From assembly GCA_964291625.2 (NCBI GenBank), contig OZ220089.1, positions 3,360,001-3,424,000 of the forward strand: a DNA stretch of 64,000 bases, given 5' to 3'. The translations under genes and the position numbers were made by a program. The DNA comes from Candidatus Latescibacterota bacterium. GTDB taxonomy: Bacteria > Latescibacterota > UBA2968 > UBA8231. Shown piece by piece: positions 1-10,332 of the stretch (positions within the stretch are counted from its first letter, which is position 1; each line of letters begins with the position of its first letter). The notes under the pieces are model-generated. The model worked only from the letters and a program-made list of their open reading frames with translations. It did not search any database and had not been told where the DNA came from.

Positions 1-27
1 GCCTGTGGGGTCGATGACGAGCCCGCC

Positions 28-642
28 TTAGAACAGCCCGTTCAGCGATACCACCAGGCTCGATGTTGTCTCGCCTTCGACGCGGCGAAGCGCGTAGTTG
101 GCGTTCACAAGCAGCCGTGTCCCGCTCGTCACGGGAATCCCGTACCCTCCGCCCAACAGGATTCCCGTCCCCCACTCGCTTGCTTCCTCATCTTTCTCGC
201 CGAGTGCCTCGGCTTCGAGTACATGCCTGGCGAGCCCCAGGTCAACCCGCACGAAAGGGCCCCGGCCGATTTCGTTGGCGAGGAAGTGCATGCCGCTTAT
301 GCCATAGAGGTAGTTGTAGATGTCGATTTCGACGTCTTCTCCAAGAAGAGTGACCTCATAGGTATCAACGCTGCCGTTTACGATTCCGCCAACAAGAGTC
401 CGGTCTCCCCGTGGCCAATAGAAACCGAACACGTCCAGGGCGAGTGCGAGATGATCGACGTCACCTCCGGGCAGATCATCGATCTCGTCGAGGAGGTCCT
501 GCAACTCGCCCGGGTAGGTATTGTTTGCGTAACCCAGGCCCCAGTAGGTGTACCAACTCTCCAGTTCGTTGTCGCGGGCACTGGAAGGACCTGAGAGGGC
601 GATCACTGAAGCAAGCATGAACGGCAATATTCCCTTCGACAT
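28..642 (-). CDS. Outer-membrane beta-barrel domain protein
   Basis: Signal peptide, amphipathic beta-strand pattern (GPFVRVDLG, GILLGGGYG) and C-terminal Phe (NGLF). Confidence 0.65.
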   Translation of the reverse strand: MSKGILPFMLASVIALSGPSSARDNELESWYTYWGLGYANNTYPGELQDLLDEIDDLPGGDVDHLALALDVFGFYWPRGDRTLVGGIVNGSVDTYEVTLLGEDVEIDIYNYLYGISGMHFLANEIGRGPFVRVDLGLARHVLEAEALGEKDEEASEWGTGILLGGGYGIPVTSGTRLLVNANYALRRVEGETTSSLVVSLNGLF

Positions 643-854
643 GGTGACTACCTCGCTCTTCGTCGATGGACAACGCCCGGCACACAGGCTGTCCTGGGTT
701 CACCCGCCAACCTCGGCTTGACTCTTCAACAGGATAGTCTCGAAGCGGACAGGGGCTGTCCGTTGCCAGAACTTTCTCGGGCCAGGAAGCGACTTTCCTG
801 GCCCTTGCCAGAACGCCGGGCCTACCGTGGGGCAAGGTAGGCGACCTCCCCCTA

Positions 855-3416
855 CTACTCCCGCGCCTCCGGGAACTGCTCGTACAGCAGGTTGAACGCC
901 GCCGGGGTGCCGCAGACGTAGAGGGCGTCCGCGTCCGACAACGCCGACGGCGGGATCTCCAGCTGCACCTCCCCCCCGCGCTCGACGGCGATCACCGAGC
1001 AGCCGGTGCGCTCGCGGATGCGGGCCTCCATGGGACGGGCGCCGAAGCGCCGGGCGGGCATCTTCACCAGCTTGATCCGCGGCTGGTGGGAGACCGCCTC
1101 GCCGAGGACGTGGTGGGCCAGGATCTGGCCGGCCACCTGGCTCACGGAGAGGGCGAAGTCGGCGCCGGCCTGCTGCAGGCGGCCCACGTTCTCCACGTGG
1201 TTGACGGCGGCGATGATCGGCACCTCGGGGGCGTAGTCGCGCACCACGGTGGTGGCCAGCAGGTCGGCGCTGTCGGTCTCGTGGGCCAGGCTCACGGCGC
1301 GGGCCCCGGCGATGGGGGTGCGCTCGAGGACCTCCCGGTCGAGGATGTCGCCCGCCAGGTCGACCCCCTCGCCGCCGGCGGGATCGACGACGAAGGTCGG
1401 CTCGCCGGCGCTGCGCAGGATCTCCACCAGCTTCTCCCGCACGTCGCCCGAGCCGACCACCACCAGCGGCCCCTCCTCGGTGATGGGGCGCACCCAGTCG
1501 TCGAGGCGGCGGATGCTCTCGGGGGAGCCCGCCGCCACCAGGATCGACCCCGGCTGCAGGGTCTCGTCGGCCCCGGGGGGCGAGTGCAGGGAGTCCTCCT
1601 TCCACTGGCCGACGATCTGGGTGCCGGTGCGGGCCCTCAGCTCGCTGCCGGCCAAGGTCGCCCCCGCCAGGGGGCTGCCGTCGTGGACGCGGATCTCGGC
1701 CACCTCCAGCAGGTGGCCCAGGGGCTCGACGCCGGCCACGCGGGGGCCGATGCGGGCGCTGGCGCGCACGGCGAGGACCGCGGCCAGGGCGTGGTTCGGG
1801 GTGAAGGCGGCGCTGGCCCCGGCCAGCATCATCGGCGCCCTCCGGGCCGGCTCCTCGATCAGCGCCACGATCGTCCCCCGGAACCCCTGCTCCCGGGCTC
1901 CGAGGGCGAAGAGGGCGTTGCGGTCGTCCTCGCCGTTGGCCACCAGGGCCCGGGCCCCGGCCAGCCGCCGCAGGTCCAGCTCCTCCTCGGCCAGGGAGGC
2001 GTGCACGACCCGCTCGCCATGGGCCAGCAGCCGCCGGGCGACGGTCTCGTCCTCCTCGATGACCAGAGCCGGGTGTCCGCGGCTCTGCAGCTCCTCCATC
2101 AGCCCCTCCACCTCGGGGCCGAAACCGTAGATGACCACATCCCCGTCCGCGTCGGGCAGGTCTCGCGGCAGCTGGCCGGTGAAGCGCTCCTCCACCAGGG
2201 GGTCGCCGAACTTGTCGATCAGCACGACGCCGCGGGGGGCGTCCTTCTGGCGCGCCGCCCGTCCCTGGAGGAGCACGGCGCAGCCCTTCAGCGCCAGGGG
2301 AGTGAACAGGTTCAGCAGGAAGGCGGTGAAGATGAGGATGGTGAAGGTGGCCTGGTCGAAGGCGCCCCGGCTCAGGGCCAGGGAGGCGAGGATGAGGGCC
2401 ATCTCGGCGCGGGCGCACATGCCCACGCCCACGGTGAGGGCCTCGCGGAAGGGCAGGCCCACGCGCAGGGCCATGCCCCCGGCGCTGAGGATCTGGCCGA
2501 CGATGACGAGGAGGGTGAGGAGGACGACGAACCCCACCTGGGCGGCGGTGATGTCGAAGGTGACGGAGAACCCGAGGGAGATGAAGAAGATCGGCCCGAG
2601 GAAGGAGTAGGCGATGCCGTAGGCGCGGTCGTTGACGACCCGCACGAGGTTGGGGTGGGCGATCTTCTCCTCGAAGAACAGACCCGCCAGGTAGGCGCCG
2701 AGGATCATGTGCAGGCCGATCGCCTCGGCGATCAGGCCGGCGCCGAAGGCGGTGACCAGGACGAAGGTGAAGCCCTTGCCGCCCTCGGAGCGGAAGGGCA
2801 GGTGCAGGCGCGGATAGACCCAGGTGGCCAGGCCGAAGCAGACGGCGAAGAAGGCCACCACCTTGCCCAGGGTGACGAGGATCGCCATGGGCTCGAAGGT
2901 GCCGCCCGTGAGCAGGCCGATGACGACGCCGAAGAACACGATCGTCAGCAGGTTGTCGAAGACGCAGCAGGCGAGGAAGACGTGGGCCACGCGGGTGTTG
3001 GCCAGGCCCAGGTCGCGCAGGCTCTTGAGGGTGATGACCACGGCCGTGGTCGCCATGGTCAGGCCCACGAAGGTGGCGCCCACGTAGTCGAGGCCGAAGG
3101 CCAGGGCCAGGCCGAAGCCGACGCCGAAGGGGACGATGGCCCCCACCACGGCCACGCCCACCGAACGCTTGAGGGCGCCGAAGAACTCGTGGGGCTGGGT
3201 CTCCACCCCGGCGTGGAACATGAGGAAGAAGATGCCGATCTCGGCCAGCAACTGGATCGTCTCGTCGGGCCGGATCAGGCCCAGGACCGCCGGCCCCACC
3301 ACCACCCCGACGATCAGCTCACCCGTCACCGTGGGCAGCCCCAGGGGCCGCAGGGTGACGGCCACCAGCCAGATGCCGGCGAGCAGGATCAGCAGGTCGA
3401 GGGCGATGTCGTGCAA
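855..3416 (-). CDS. CPA2-family cation/proton antiporter fused to two tandem RCK (TrkA-N/TrkA-C) modules
   Basis: N-terminal ~380 aa multi-TM region with LAEIGIFFLMFHAGVE and GMCARAE motifs; then VVIYGFG and VVVGSG Rossmann motifs, each followed by a TrkA-C-like segment. Confidence 0.85.
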   Translation of the reverse strand: MHDIALDLLILLAGIWLVAVTLRPLGLPTVTGELIVGVVVGPAVLGLIRPDETIQLLAEIGIFFLMFHAGVETQPHEFFGALKRSVGVAVVGAIVPFGVGFGLALAFGLDYVGATFVGLTMATTAVVITLKSLRDLGLANTRVAHVFLACCVFDNLLTIVFFGVVIGLLTGGTFEPMAILVTLGKVVAFFAVCFGLATWVYPRLHLPFRSEGGKGFTFVLVTAFGAGLIAEAIGLHMILGAYLAGLFFEEKIAHPNLVRVVNDRAYGIAYSFLGPIFFISLGFSVTFDITAAQVGFVVLLTLLVIVGQILSAGGMALRVGLPFREALTVGVGMCARAEMALILASLALSRGAFDQATFTILIFTAFLLNLFTPLALKGCAVLLQGRAARQKDAPRGVVLIDKFGDPLVEERFTGQLPRDLPDADGDVVIYGFGPEVEGLMEELQSRGHPALVIEEDETVARRLLAHGERVVHASLAEEELDLRRLAGARALVANGEDDRNALFALGAREQGFRGTIVALIEEPARRAPMMLAGASAAFTPNHALAAVLAVRASARIGPRVAGVEPLGHLLEVAEIRVHDGSPLAGATLAGSELRARTGTQIVGQWKEDSLHSPPGADETLQPGSILVAAGSPESIRRLDDWVRPITEEGPLVVVGSGDVREKLVEILRSAGEPTFVVDPAGGEGVDLAGDILDREVLERTPIAGARAVSLAHETDSADLLATTVVRDYAPEVPIIAAVNHVENVGRLQQAGADFALSVSQVAGQILAHHVLGEAVSHQPRIKLVKMPARRFGARPMEARIRERTGCSVIAVERGGEVQLEIPPSALSDADALYVCGTPAAFNLLYEQFPEARE

Positions 3417-3425
3417 GGGCGGGTC

Positions 3426-4523
3426 CTACCGGAACCAGTCGTAGTTGAGGCCGAGGGAGCGGTCGGGCAGGGGCAGGTCGACGCGCTGACCGCCGTTGGC
3501 CGAGGAGAGCTTGAGGGCGATCTCCACCTCCAGGGCTGCGGCCACCCGCCGGCCCGAGTTCTTGGGCTCGTCCAGGCGGCCGGCGATGCAGTCCATCACG
3601 TCGTTGAGGGTGTAGATGCCGCCGTAGGGGCCCACGAACTGCGGCTTCGGCCACGGCATGGGGGTGCGCCGCACGCCGTCGTCCACCTCCACATCCTGGG
3701 TCCGCCGCCAGCCCTCCAGGAAGTCGAACCACATCTCGCCGCGGCTGCCGGTGATCCGCACGCCGGGGGCGCCCCGGCGGAAGTGCACGACGAGGCCGTC
3801 CTCGCAGACCATCATCCCCTGGCCGGTAAACTCGTCGCTGCCGGTCTCCCGTCTCGGCTGGTCGCCGGTGCCCGACACCCAGGCGGGCCGGCTGTCGAGG
3901 AAGTAGGACCAGTTCTGGTGCTGGGAGAAAGGGCCGGAGGCCTCGATGGAGACCAGTGTCCCCACGGCGCCGTCCCGCAGCAGCTGGCGGGCCCGGGCGA
4001 AGGAGGGATGGGTCGTGGTGATCGAGCCGCAGCTCAGGGGCACGCCGGCGGCGGCGCAGGTGCTCACCATGCGGTCCGCCTCCTCGAGGGTGTGGGCCAT
4101 CGGCTTCTCGGTGAAGATCCCCTTCGCCCCGCACTCGACGGCCAGGCAGGTGAGGTCGGCCCGGTGCTTGACGTTGGTGGCGATGGCGACGATGTCGGGG
4201 CGCTCGGCGCGCAGCATCTCCCCGGCGTCGGTGTAGAGGGCGTCCTTCACGCCGTAGCGCTCGGAGAACGCCCGCAGCCGCTTGCGGTCGCGCTCGGCGG
4301 CGGCCGCCAGCTCGATCTCGGGCCGGTCGTGGAGGGCCTCGGCGTACGAGGTCGGCAGGCCTTCCGTGCCGGGGTGGGTGTGGTGGTGGAACCGCCGGTG
4401 CAGGTCCAGCTCCGGCGTCGGCCGGTCGATGTCGTCCACGTTCCAGGTGCCGGTGCGCGCGGCCAGGTCGTAGAGCATGCCCATCCAGCCCAGGCCGATG
4501 ACGGCGCCGCGGTACTCGCTCAT
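3426..4523 (-). CDS. Gfo/Idh/MocA family oxidoreductase
   Basis: AVIGLGWMG nucleotide-binding motif and TEKPMA motif. Confidence 0.9.
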   Translation of the reverse strand: MSEYRGAVIGLGWMGMLYDLAARTGTWNVDDIDRPTPELDLHRRFHHHTHPGTEGLPTSYAEALHDRPEIELAAAAERDRKRLRAFSERYGVKDALYTDAGEMLRAERPDIVAIATNVKHRADLTCLAVECGAKGIFTEKPMAHTLEEADRMVSTCAAAGVPLSCGSITTTHPSFARARQLLRDGAVGTLVSIEASGPFSQHQNWSYFLDSRPAWVSGTGDQPRRETGSDEFTGQGMMVCEDGLVVHFRRGAPGVRITGSRGEMWFDFLEGWRRTQDVEVDDGVRRTPMPWPKPQFVGPYGGIYTLNDVMDCIAGRLDEPKNSGRRVAAALEVEIALKLSSANGGQRVDLPLPDRSLGLNYDWFR

Positions 4524-5011
4524 CTCTTCTCCTCTTCCTCTGCAAGGGTGAGGCGCGCCGCGATGCGCATCTCCGCCAGGCCGAAACGGCCCAGGTCGGG
4601 GGTGGTGCGCACCACGAAGGTTCCCTCTTCGACGCGGGTCTGGCCCGCGGCGAAGACCACCGGCTGGCCGAAGGGGATGAACCAGTCGATCGCGAAGCCG
4701 GTGTCGTCGAAGAAACGCAGATCGTAGCGCATCTGCAGCGGCCGGTCCGAGGTGTTGCGGAACTCGATGCGGAAGGGCCCCTCCACCTCCACGTCGTTCT
4801 CCTGGCCCGTGGGCAGTTCGACGGCGGGGAACCAGCTCGCCGAGTCGACCACCACCGCCTCGCTCAAGCCGGGGGGCGCCGAGTCGATCTGCAGGACCGT
4901 GCGCAGGTCCTCCGGGCTCCGCCAGCGCAGGGGGTCCTCGGGGTCGCCGCAGCCCCAGGCGGTGAGCCCCAGGACCGCCGTCAGGGCCGCCGCCGTCAGG
5001 GTCGCCCTCAT
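4520..5011 (-). CDS. Hypothetical lipoprotein
   Basis: Hydrophobic signal ending AWGC; 4-nt overlaps with both neighbours. Confidence 0.65.
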   Translation of the reverse strand: MRATLTAAALTAVLGLTAWGCGDPEDPLRWRSPEDLRTVLQIDSAPPGLSEAVVVDSASWFPAVELPTGQENDVEVEGPFRIEFRNTSDRPLQMRYDLRFFDDTGFAIDWFIPFGQPVVFAAGQTRVEEGTFVVRTTPDLGRFGLAEMRIAARLTLAEEEEKR

Positions 5012-5985
5012 TCAGACGCCCCCGTGCTCTCCCGCTTGCGCAGCCGCGCCACGAAGAACGCCTCCCGCGTCCCGTCGGGGGCCAGGCGCGCGCAGCGCTC
5101 CACCGCCGGGTGGAAGCCCCGCCCCTCCCACTCCCGCAGAGCCGGCGCCGTGAACGGCTCCGGCAGGTCGAGGGCCTCCACCTCCAGGGCCTCTCCGAAG
5201 CGCTCGAGGAGTCCGTCGACGACGGCCTCGTTCTCCTCCGGCGCCAGGGTGCAGGTGCAGTACACGAGGACGCCCCCGGGCTTGAGGGCCCCCACCGCGG
5301 AGATGGCCAGCTGCTTCTGCTTGCGCGCCATGTCGCGGATCTTCTTCGGCCCCCAGTAGCGGTAGCTCGCCGGGTCGCCGGCGCGGAACCGGCCCTCCAA
5401 GGTGCACGGCGCGTCGAGGAGCACCCGGTCGAAGCGCTCCGGCACCTTGCGCCCCACGCCGCCGCCGTCGGCGAGGTAGGTCCGGGCGATGGTCACGCCG
5501 CAGCGCTCCAGGTTGCGCCGCAGCCGGTGGAAGCGGCCCTTCACCGACTCCACCGCGGCGATGCGCCCGCGGTTGCCCATGACCCCGGCGATCTGCACGG
5601 TCTTGCCTCCCGGCGCCGCCGCCAGGTCGAGGACCTCCTCCCCCGGCCGCGGGTCGAGCAGCAGCACGGGCACCACGCTGGAGGGGTTCTGCACGTAGAC
5701 CCGGCCTTCGCGGGCGGCGGCGCTGTCGACGAGGGCGCGGCGCTCGTCCGGCGGCGCCACCCAGGCCCCGGGAGGCCACTCGAGCGGCTGGCAGGTGATC
5801 CCTTCCCGCCCCAGCTCGGCCGCGGCCTCCTCCTCGGAGGCCTTCAGCGTGTTGACGCGAAAGGCCGCCGCGGGCGGAGCGCGGAGGGAGCGCCGCCAGC
5901 CGTCGAGGCGCGAGGCGGGCAACAGCCGCTCCACGCGGGAGACGAACTCGGACGGCAGTCCTGCTTCGGGATTGCATTCGCTCAT
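5008..5985 (-). CDS. RsmB/RsmF (NOL1/NOP2/Sun) RNA m5C methyltransferase
   Basis: VLDLAAAPGGKT, DRVLLDAPC and LVYCTCT motifs; start moved to the in-frame ATG at 5985. Confidence 0.9.
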   Translation of the reverse strand: MSECNPEAGLPSEFVSRVERLLPASRLDGWRRSLRAPPAAAFRVNTLKASEEEAAAELGREGITCQPLEWPPGAWVAPPDERRALVDSAAAREGRVYVQNPSSVVPVLLLDPRPGEEVLDLAAAPGGKTVQIAGVMGNRGRIAAVESVKGRFHRLRRNLERCGVTIARTYLADGGGVGRKVPERFDRVLLDAPCTLEGRFRAGDPASYRYWGPKKIRDMARKQKQLAISAVGALKPGGVLVYCTCTLAPEENEAVVDGLLERFGEALEVEALDLPEPFTAPALREWEGRGFHPAVERCARLAPDGTREAFFVARLRKRESTGASE

Positions 5986-6271
5986 GACAGGGAGACGCTG
6001 TCTATATGTACCGCCCCTGACCGGGGCCCGCCAACCGGCCCGTGTCTGCTCGCGGAGGGACTTCGGCCACCCCCGGGGCCACCGGTGTCCGCCCGCCAAC
6101 AGGACCGCGCCCGCTCGCCGCGGGATCTCGCACACCCGGCAGCCGCCGCCCGCGGGACCGGGGTTGCCAATGTACCCGTGGCCGACGTATCCCATAGACC
6201 GCCGGAACGCCCGGCTTGCCTCGGGCATCCGTCTGCAAGAGCCGCTTCCCCCGCACCCTGGAGCACACGCA

Positions 6272-8143
6272 ATGACACGAAGGATGACCGGTATCGCACC
6301 GGTCCTGATCCTCGCCCTGGCCAGCCTCGCCTCTGCGGAGAACGCCGATCGTCCGCGCATCAAGGTCGAGGCGGTCAACCCGTGGACCCACCTGGACCTG
6401 CGCAACGACCCCGACCACTTCCAGTTCGCCATCGTCGCCGACCGCACCGGCGGCCACCGGGAGGGCGTCTTCGCCGACGCCGTGGGCAAGCTGAACCTGC
6501 TGCAGCCCGAGTTCGTCATGAGCGTGGGCGACCTGATCGAGGGCTACACCGAGAACCGGGAGACCCTCGCCGCCGAGTGGGACGAGTTCGACGGCTTCGT
6601 CGACGCCCTCGACATGCCCTTCTTCTACCTGCCGGGCAACCACGACATCTCCAACGATGTCATGGCCGAGGTCTGGGCCGAGCGCCTCGGCCGCGCCTGG
6701 TACTCCTTCGTCTACCGCGACGTGCTCTTCGTCTGCCTCAACTCCGAGGACGGGGAACCCGGCAACGTGGGGGCCGAGCAGCGCGACTGGCTGGCGGGCG
6801 TGCTCGACGAACACCGCGACGTGCGCTGGACCCTGGTCTTCGTCCACAAGCCCCTGTGGAACTACGCCGACGACGGAGAGTTGCGGGACACGGGCTGGGC
6901 CGAGGTGGAGGAGCTGCTCCGAGGGCGCCGGCACACGGTCTTCGCCGGCCACTTCCACCGCTACACCCGGCACGTGCGCAACGACAGCCGCTACATCGTC
7001 CTGGCCACCACCGGCGGCGGCAGCTCCCTGGCCGGTCCGATCTACGGCCAGTTCGACCACGTCGTCTGGGTGACCATGACCGGCGACGGCCCGCGGATCG
7101 CCAACCTCATGCTCGACGGCATCTGGGACGAGGAGATCCGCACCGAGGAGATGGCCCGCCTCGTGACCCCCCTGCTCAGTGGCCGGGCCGTGGCCGTGGA
7201 GCCGATCATTGGCCGCTCGAAGCGCTTCGCCGGCGGCGTCACCTCCGTCCGCCTCACCAACGACGCCGACGTGCCGCTGCGGATATCGGCCCGCTTCGCC
7301 GCGAACGCCCTGCTGGCCCCGTCGCCGGCCTCCATCGACCGGGAGCTGCCCCCGAACTCGGTGGAGCAGATCGAGCTGCAGATCTCCACGGGGGGGGAGC
7401 GGGCGGTGGACGACCTGTCGCCGCTGCAGCTCGAGTGGCAGGCCGAGTACGTGCAGGACGAGTTCGAGATCCCCGCGGTCGAGGGAAGCGCCGCCATGGT
7501 CGTGAGCCGCATCTACGAGCTGCCCCGGAGGACCGGCGCTCCTCCCGTCGTCGACGGCGATCTGAGCGACTGGGACGATCTCGCCTTCCACGTGCCGGAA
7601 CCGGCCGAGATCGACGTCGACGCCGACTCCTGGACCGGGCCGGACGACTGCTCCTGGCGCTTCGGCGTCGAGTACGACGACGACAACCTCTACGTCGCCG
7701 TGGAGGTCACCGACGAGCGCCGCATCTACCTGGGCGGCAACGCCTGGTCCCAGGACGGGCTGGAGCTGCGGGTGGACGGCCGTTCCGACCCGGAGCGCTC
7801 CCGGGGACGCGACGCCAGCCGCTCCGTGGAGGAGCGCGTCTTCGTCGCCATCAGCCCGGGCGAGCGGCTGGAGGAGATGTTCCTGGTGGCGCCGGAGGAG
7901 CTGGACTCCCTCGGCGTTCAGGCCGTGGGCATCCCCACGCCGGCGGGCCACGCCTACGAGGTCTCCATCCCCCTGGGCTACATCGAGGACCGTCAGGGCA
8001 AGGACTGGCGCCGCGTGCGGATCAACATCGCCGTCGACGACTACGACGAGAAGACGGGGCCCCTGGCCCAGCTGTGGTGGCAGCCCGACTGGCGCGACGA
8101 GACGAACTTCGCGGGGTCCGGGACCTTCGAGCGCGAGCCGTGA
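6272..8143 (+). CDS. Secreted calcineurin-like metallophosphoesterase with C-terminal CBM9/DOMON-like domain
   Basis: Signal peptide from ATG 6272; AD, VGD, PGNHD, HKP and GHFH metallophosphoesterase motifs; VDGDLSDW...LYVAVEVTD C-terminal domain. Confidence 0.85.
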   Translation: MTRRMTGIAPVLILALASLASAENADRPRIKVEAVNPWTHLDLRNDPDHFQFAIVADRTGGHREGVFADAVGKLNLLQPEFVMSVGDLIEGYTENRETLAAEWDEFDGFVDALDMPFFYLPGNHDISNDVMAEVWAERLGRAWYSFVYRDVLFVCLNSEDGEPGNVGAEQRDWLAGVLDEHRDVRWTLVFVHKPLWNYADDGELRDTGWAEVEELLRGRRHTVFAGHFHRYTRHVRNDSRYIVLATTGGGSSLAGPIYGQFDHVVWVTMTGDGPRIANLMLDGIWDEEIRTEEMARLVTPLLSGRAVAVEPIIGRSKRFAGGVTSVRLTNDADVPLRISARFAANALLAPSPASIDRELPPNSVEQIELQISTGGERAVDDLSPLQLEWQAEYVQDEFEIPAVEGSAAMVVSRIYELPRRTGAPPVVDGDLSDWDDLAFHVPEPAEIDVDADSWTGPDDCSWRFGVEYDDDNLYVAVEVTDERRIYLGGNAWSQDGLELRVDGRSDPERSRGRDASRSVEERVFVAISPGERLEEMFLVAPEELDSLGVQAVGIPTPAGHAYEVSIPLGYIEDRQGKDWRRVRINIAVDDYDEKTGPLAQLWWQPDWRDETNFAGSGTFEREP

Positions 8144-8156
8144 AGCCGCGGCCGTC

Positions 8157-8597
8157 GTGAGCCGCTCGCGCCTGCTGTTCCTGTGCACGGGGAACTCCTG
8201 CCGCAGCCAGATGGCCGAAGGCTGGGCCCGCCACCTGCGCGGCGACGCCTTCGAGGCCCACTCCGCCGGCCTCGAGGCCCGCGGCCTCGACCCGCGGGCG
8301 GTGGCCGTCATGGCCGAGGCGGGGGTCGACATCTCCGGACAGCGGTCGCAGAGACTGGACGAGACCGGCCTCGACTTCGACCTGGTGGTCACGGTCTGCG
8401 ATCACGCCGCGGAGAGCTGTCCCCTCTTTCCGGGATCTGCGAAGGTCCTGCACCGCGGCTTCGAAGATCCGCCGAGGCTGGCCGCCACCGCCTCCGGTGA
8501 GCAGGAGGCCCTGGACCACTACCGCCGCGTGCGCGACGAGATCCGGGAGTACGTGGCCGGCCTGCCGCTGACCGGGGAGGACCCGGGCCCCGGCTGA
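8157..8597 (+). CDS. arsC: Arsenate reductase / low-molecular-weight PTP family protein (thioredoxin-type)
   Basis: CTGNSCRSQMAE P-loop, VTVC...CP cysteines and FEDP motif. Confidence 0.85.
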   Translation: MSRSRLLFLCTGNSCRSQMAEGWARHLRGDAFEAHSAGLEARGLDPRAVAVMAEAGVDISGQRSQRLDETGLDFDLVVTVCDHAAESCPLFPGSAKVLHRGFEDPPRLAATASGEQEALDHYRRVRDEIREYVAGLPLTGEDPGPG

Positions 8598-8694
8598 GCC
8601 GGAGCCCCGCCGGGACTCCCCCTCAGGGTTCGGACACCCTCCGGGGGATCTGCGTCCTGGCGCACGGATCCTGGTCGGCGCGGGCCCCGCAGCC

Positions 8695-10332
8695 TCAGTG
8701 GAAGTCCTGGTATCTCTTCAGCACCAGCGTCAGGATCCCCTGCATCGCCAGCGCCAGGCCGAGGAGGCGCCCCCCGTCCCCGGGCCCGCGGCCGAGGTGG
8801 AGGGCGGCGCAGAGGACGGCCAGGGGCAGGGCGAAGATCCACAGGCGGGCGCTCTCTCCCGCCGTGGCGCCGAAGATGGCCATGCAGGCCAGCAGGCACA
8901 GCAGTCCCGCTCCGGGCACCCCGGGACCGCGCCGCAACTTTGCAACGCAGAGCAGGACCAGCGCCGGGCCGCTCCAGAGGGCGAACTCCAGCAGGTTGAG
9001 GACGCCGTAGTAGAGGCGGTTCCCCAGGCTCCAGTCGACGGCCTTGGCGATCTCGTGGACGGCCATGGCCTGGAGGAAGCGGTCCCAGGCATGGTAGCCG
9101 CAGACCACCGCCATGACGGTGTAGGCCGCCGCGAACCCGGCCGCGGCCCAGGCCGCCGCGGGGAGCCGCGAGAGGACCGGCGCCGACCGCCGGTTCGCCC
9201 AGGCGAAGGCGAGGGGCACCACGGCCAGGGGCGTCAGGGCGAAGGAGACCCACGTGGCCAGGTAGTAGGCGGCCCCGGCCAGGGCGGCGGGCCAGCGGCC
9301 GCCCTCCTGCAGGGCGCGGGCGGCCAGGTAGAGGCAGGCCGTGGCCAGCAGCGGGTGCAGATACTGATCGGCGTGCATGCCGATGAGGACGACGCTGGGC
9401 GCCGTCACGTAGAGCAGGGACGCCGTGAGGGCGCCGCGGTCGTCGGTGAACCGCAGGGCCAGGGCGTACAGAGGTATCACGGCGGCGTAGGCCAGCAGGG
9501 GCAGGACCAGGGCGGCGAAGGTGGCCAGCCGCGGGAGAGGATCGTCGGGCAGCCCCGGCACGGCGCGCCCGAGGCGCTCCACGACTCCGAGAAAGACCTG
9601 GAGCCCCGGCGGCTTGGTGGCGTGGAAGAAGGGGGACAGCTTCCCGTCATCCAGCAGCTCGTCGTAGCGCGTCAGCACCCGCCACAGGCCCGGCTGCTCG
9701 GCGGCGGCGCGGGCGAAGACGCCGTGCCCGGAGTCGGTGAAGCGGCCCCGCAGGACGTCCAGGCCGCGGCCCTCCATGAACGCCAGCCCGAAGTGGAGGC
9801 AGGCCCCCCACAAGACGATGAGAACCACGTTCCGGCGTCGGCACCCCGGGGCCCGCAGAACGACCGCCGCCACGGCCGCGGTGCCGGCGGCCAGGGGGAC
9901 CCAGAGCCAGACCCACGGCAGGGCCGTCGTGTGCAGAGGCCAGAACCACCCCGGCAGGGCCTCGAAGACCGGCGCCTCGAGCAGGAAGATCCCGCAGACG
10001 AAGGCGGCCGACAGCAGCAGGCCGCCCGCCAGCGGCCGGTTCCAGGGGGGGCGGAGCCGGGGGGCGATCCACATCCAGGCGCCGGCCGCCGGACCGCCGG
10101 CCAGCAGCAGCAGGGCCACCCGCATGACCAGGGCGTCGGCGCGGCGCAGGTGGTAGGTCACCGGGTGGATGGACTGCCCCGTGATGATCTCGTTGAGCAG
10201 CCCCACCGTCATGCGCTGCTCGTACATGGCCAGGACGATCCGTTCTCCGAAGAGGGCGTGGAACGCCATCCCGGCCGCGGCGGCCGCGGGGCCGGCGAGG
10301 GGGAGCAGGAGAACCTGTCGGCGGGGTGTCAT
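8695..10332 (-). CDS. Polytopic membrane protein, GT-C-like (mannosyltransferase-type)
   Basis: Many TM segments with HATKPPG and ESARLW motifs. Confidence 0.55.
   Translation of the reverse strand: MTPRRQVLLLPLAGPAAAAAGMAFHALFGERIVLAMYEQRMTVGLLNEIITGQSIHPVTYHLRRADALVMRVALLLLAGGPAAGAWMWIAPRLRPPWNRPLAGGLLLSAAFVCGIFLLEAPVFEALPGWFWPLHTTALPWVWLWVPLAAGTAAVAAVVLRAPGCRRRNVVLIVLWGACLHFGLAFMEGRGLDVLRGRFTDSGHGVFARAAAEQPGLWRVLTRYDELLDDGKLSPFFHATKPPGLQVFLGVVERLGRAVPGLPDDPLPRLATFAALVLPLLAYAAVIPLYALALRFTDDRGALTASLLYVTAPSVVLIGMHADQYLHPLLATACLYLAARALQEGGRWPAALAGAAYYLATWVSFALTPLAVVPLAFAWANRRSAPVLSRLPAAAWAAAGFAAAYTVMAVVCGYHAWDRFLQAMAVHEIAKAVDWSLGNRLYYGVLNLLEFALWSGPALVLLCVAKLRRGPGVPGAGLLCLLACMAIFGATAGESARLWIFALPLAVLCAALHLGRGPGDGGRLLGLALAMQGILTLVLKRYQDFH

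Noticed and set aside
1086-4727. Very long alternative-frame and antisense ORFs (e.g. 1086-4727, 5110-8160, 45339-48641, 49709-52966)
   Set aside because: Shadow ORFs of high-GC genes: biased composition, no recognisable motifs, and they overlap well-supported genes
8598-8694. Imperfect hairpins between convergent genes as ncRNA
   Set aside because: Short, imperfect, expected in GC-rich DNA and without a U-tract or recognisable motif
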